DNA of 54,806 nucleotides from a virus (Duplodnaviria > Caudoviricetes), in the IMG/VR virus record IMGVR_UViG_3300020205_001884, positions 1 through 54,806 of that record; one strand, given 5' to 3'. This document shows, piece after piece, positions 53,873 to 54,806 of the stretch. Position numbers and translations under genes: made by a program. The notes beneath the pieces were generated by a model. The model was not told the DNA's origin. It saw only the letters and a list, made by a program, of their open reading frames with translations, and made no database searches. Every line of letters starts with the position of its first letter. Positions within the stretch are counted from its first letter, which is position 1.

Positions 53873-53898
53873 TATTTATAACAAAAGATTACTACATA
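53873..53898. promoter_or_regulatory. Divergent late promoters TATAAATA (-, 53873-53880) and CTACATA (+, 53892-53898)
   Basis: Late-box motifs placed just upstream of the two divergent ORFs. Confidence 0.6.
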
Positions 53899-53914
53899 AT
53901 TTGGAGAAATTCAA

Positions 53915-54661
53915 ATGGCAGGAAATATAGCAGAACGACAAGAAAATAAATTCATTGATGAGATAACAAGTGCAATTAAACTGAATGGAAAATCAAAATC
54001 TGGAATAACATTAATTGGCGTAAATAATATTAAAATAAATAATGTAATACAGGCAAAAAAACAAAATGCAAGAACTTCTTCTGGTAATGAAAATTATACA
54101 GATGTTATATTAACATTAAACAATAACCAAAAATTAAATATATCCATGAAAGGCACTAGTGCTGCTTCATTTGGTGGTGGTGGACTATCTGGACTAGAGA
54201 AAATTATTCCGGGTATTGCTACTAAGTTTTTAAAACAAGTATACAAAAAGTTAAAAAAATCATTAAAATGTGGAGATAAAGTACCAGATCAATATGGTGC
54301 GATAACTGAAGCACAAGCAAAAAAAATTATAAAAGGTAATAAAGCGGTTGGTGGACCAATTGATTATGTGTATGTTGGTCCAATGGAGTTAAAGGCGGAC
54401 TTTGATAAAGCGGCATCTACTTTAACATTCAATGGTTCGTTTTTTACTCCAGTTGCGTTCGCTAAGGAACATCCTTTATTTTTGCGACTGAGAGCAAGAA
54501 GGGAAGATCAAACATTCGATCCTTCGGCTATGGATAAAAACGGTACACCAAAAATATACGGAACTTCTTGTTCTAGAGGAGATTCTGCTGGTAGAATTGT
54601 AATGACTAAATCTGTACCAAAAAATGCAGAGGCATTTACTATTGACCTTGCATTGAAATAA
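53915..54661 (+). CDS. Putative PD-(D/E)XK restriction-endonuclease-like protein
   Basis: N-terminal 'ERQE' helix and a 'YTDVIL.......NISMKG' (D...SxK) motif; GGAG Shine-Dalgarno. Confidence 0.5.
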   Translation: MAGNIAERQENKFIDEITSAIKLNGKSKSGITLIGVNNIKINNVIQAKKQNARTSSGNENYTDVILTLNNNQKLNISMKGTSAASFGGGGLSGLEKIIPGIATKFLKQVYKKLKKSLKCGDKVPDQYGAITEAQAKKIIKGNKAVGGPIDYVYVGPMELKADFDKAASTLTFNGSFFTPVAFAKEHPLFLRLRARREDQTFDPSAMDKNGTPKIYGTSCSRGDSAGRIVMTKSVPKNAEAFTIDLALK

Positions 54662-54677
54662 TTATTTTTTTGTAAAG

Positions 54678-54698
54678 TCGGGGAGACCTACTCCCCGA
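54678..54698. terminator. GC-rich hairpin between the convergent nuclease-like gene and the tRNA
   Basis: TCGGGGAG-ACCTA-CTCCCCGA; the U-tract is weak. Confidence 0.5.
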
Positions 54699-54709
54699 AA
54701 CAAATAGAA

Positions 54710-54792
54710 TGCAAGAGGAGGGATTCGAACCTTCGTAGAAATTAATCAGCAGATTTACAGTCTGCCCTCGTTGACCACTTGAGTACCCTTGC
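54710..54792 (-). tRNA. trnY: tRNA-Tyr(GTA), class II variable arm, CCA not encoded
   Basis: GCAAGGG/CTCTTGC acceptor stem with an A discriminator, D-arm CTC..GG..GAG, anticodon arm GCAGA-CTGTAAA-TCTGC, T-loop TTCGAAT. Confidence 0.92.
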
Positions 54793-54806
54793 CAAATATC
54801 CAAGGT

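Overview
The window is a segment of a large, AT-rich T4-like myophage genome with cyanophage/freshwater 'T4-like' gene organisation, read in the standard genetic code. From left to right: a partial fibre-like structural gene; a VrlC/DUF4815 gene split into two ORFs; the baseplate module (gp8, gp7, gp6, gp25, a gp5 split into two ORFs, hub, gp53, gp48), with two large enzyme-bearing genes inserted between gp7 and gp8; a plus-strand gp4-gp2-tube-like-gp26-gp51-tape-measure-like operon; gp32 and gp33; an ~11.5 kb glycosylation island (RfbH, RmlB, SDR, methyltransferases, about 8 glycosyltransferase-like genes); an exonuclease; late-promoter orphan genes; and a tRNA-Tyr. The most striking feature is non-coding, at ~53063-53201 on the minus strand. 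It is a ~135-140 nt structured RNA bounded by a perfect T4 late promoter (TATAAATA) and an intrinsic terminator. Its core is complementary to the conserved H69-H71 region of bacterial 23S rRNA (E. coli ~1917-2008) but skips the H71 hairpin, making it a candidate phage-encoded anti-ribosome sRNA. Directly upstream are an unannotated 21-aa basic ORF, a sigma70 promoter and a 10-bp-phased repeat array. A likely programmed -1 frameshift fusing gp26 to gp51 is also visible. All protein calls are from motif recognition and synteny by eye; no searches were run.
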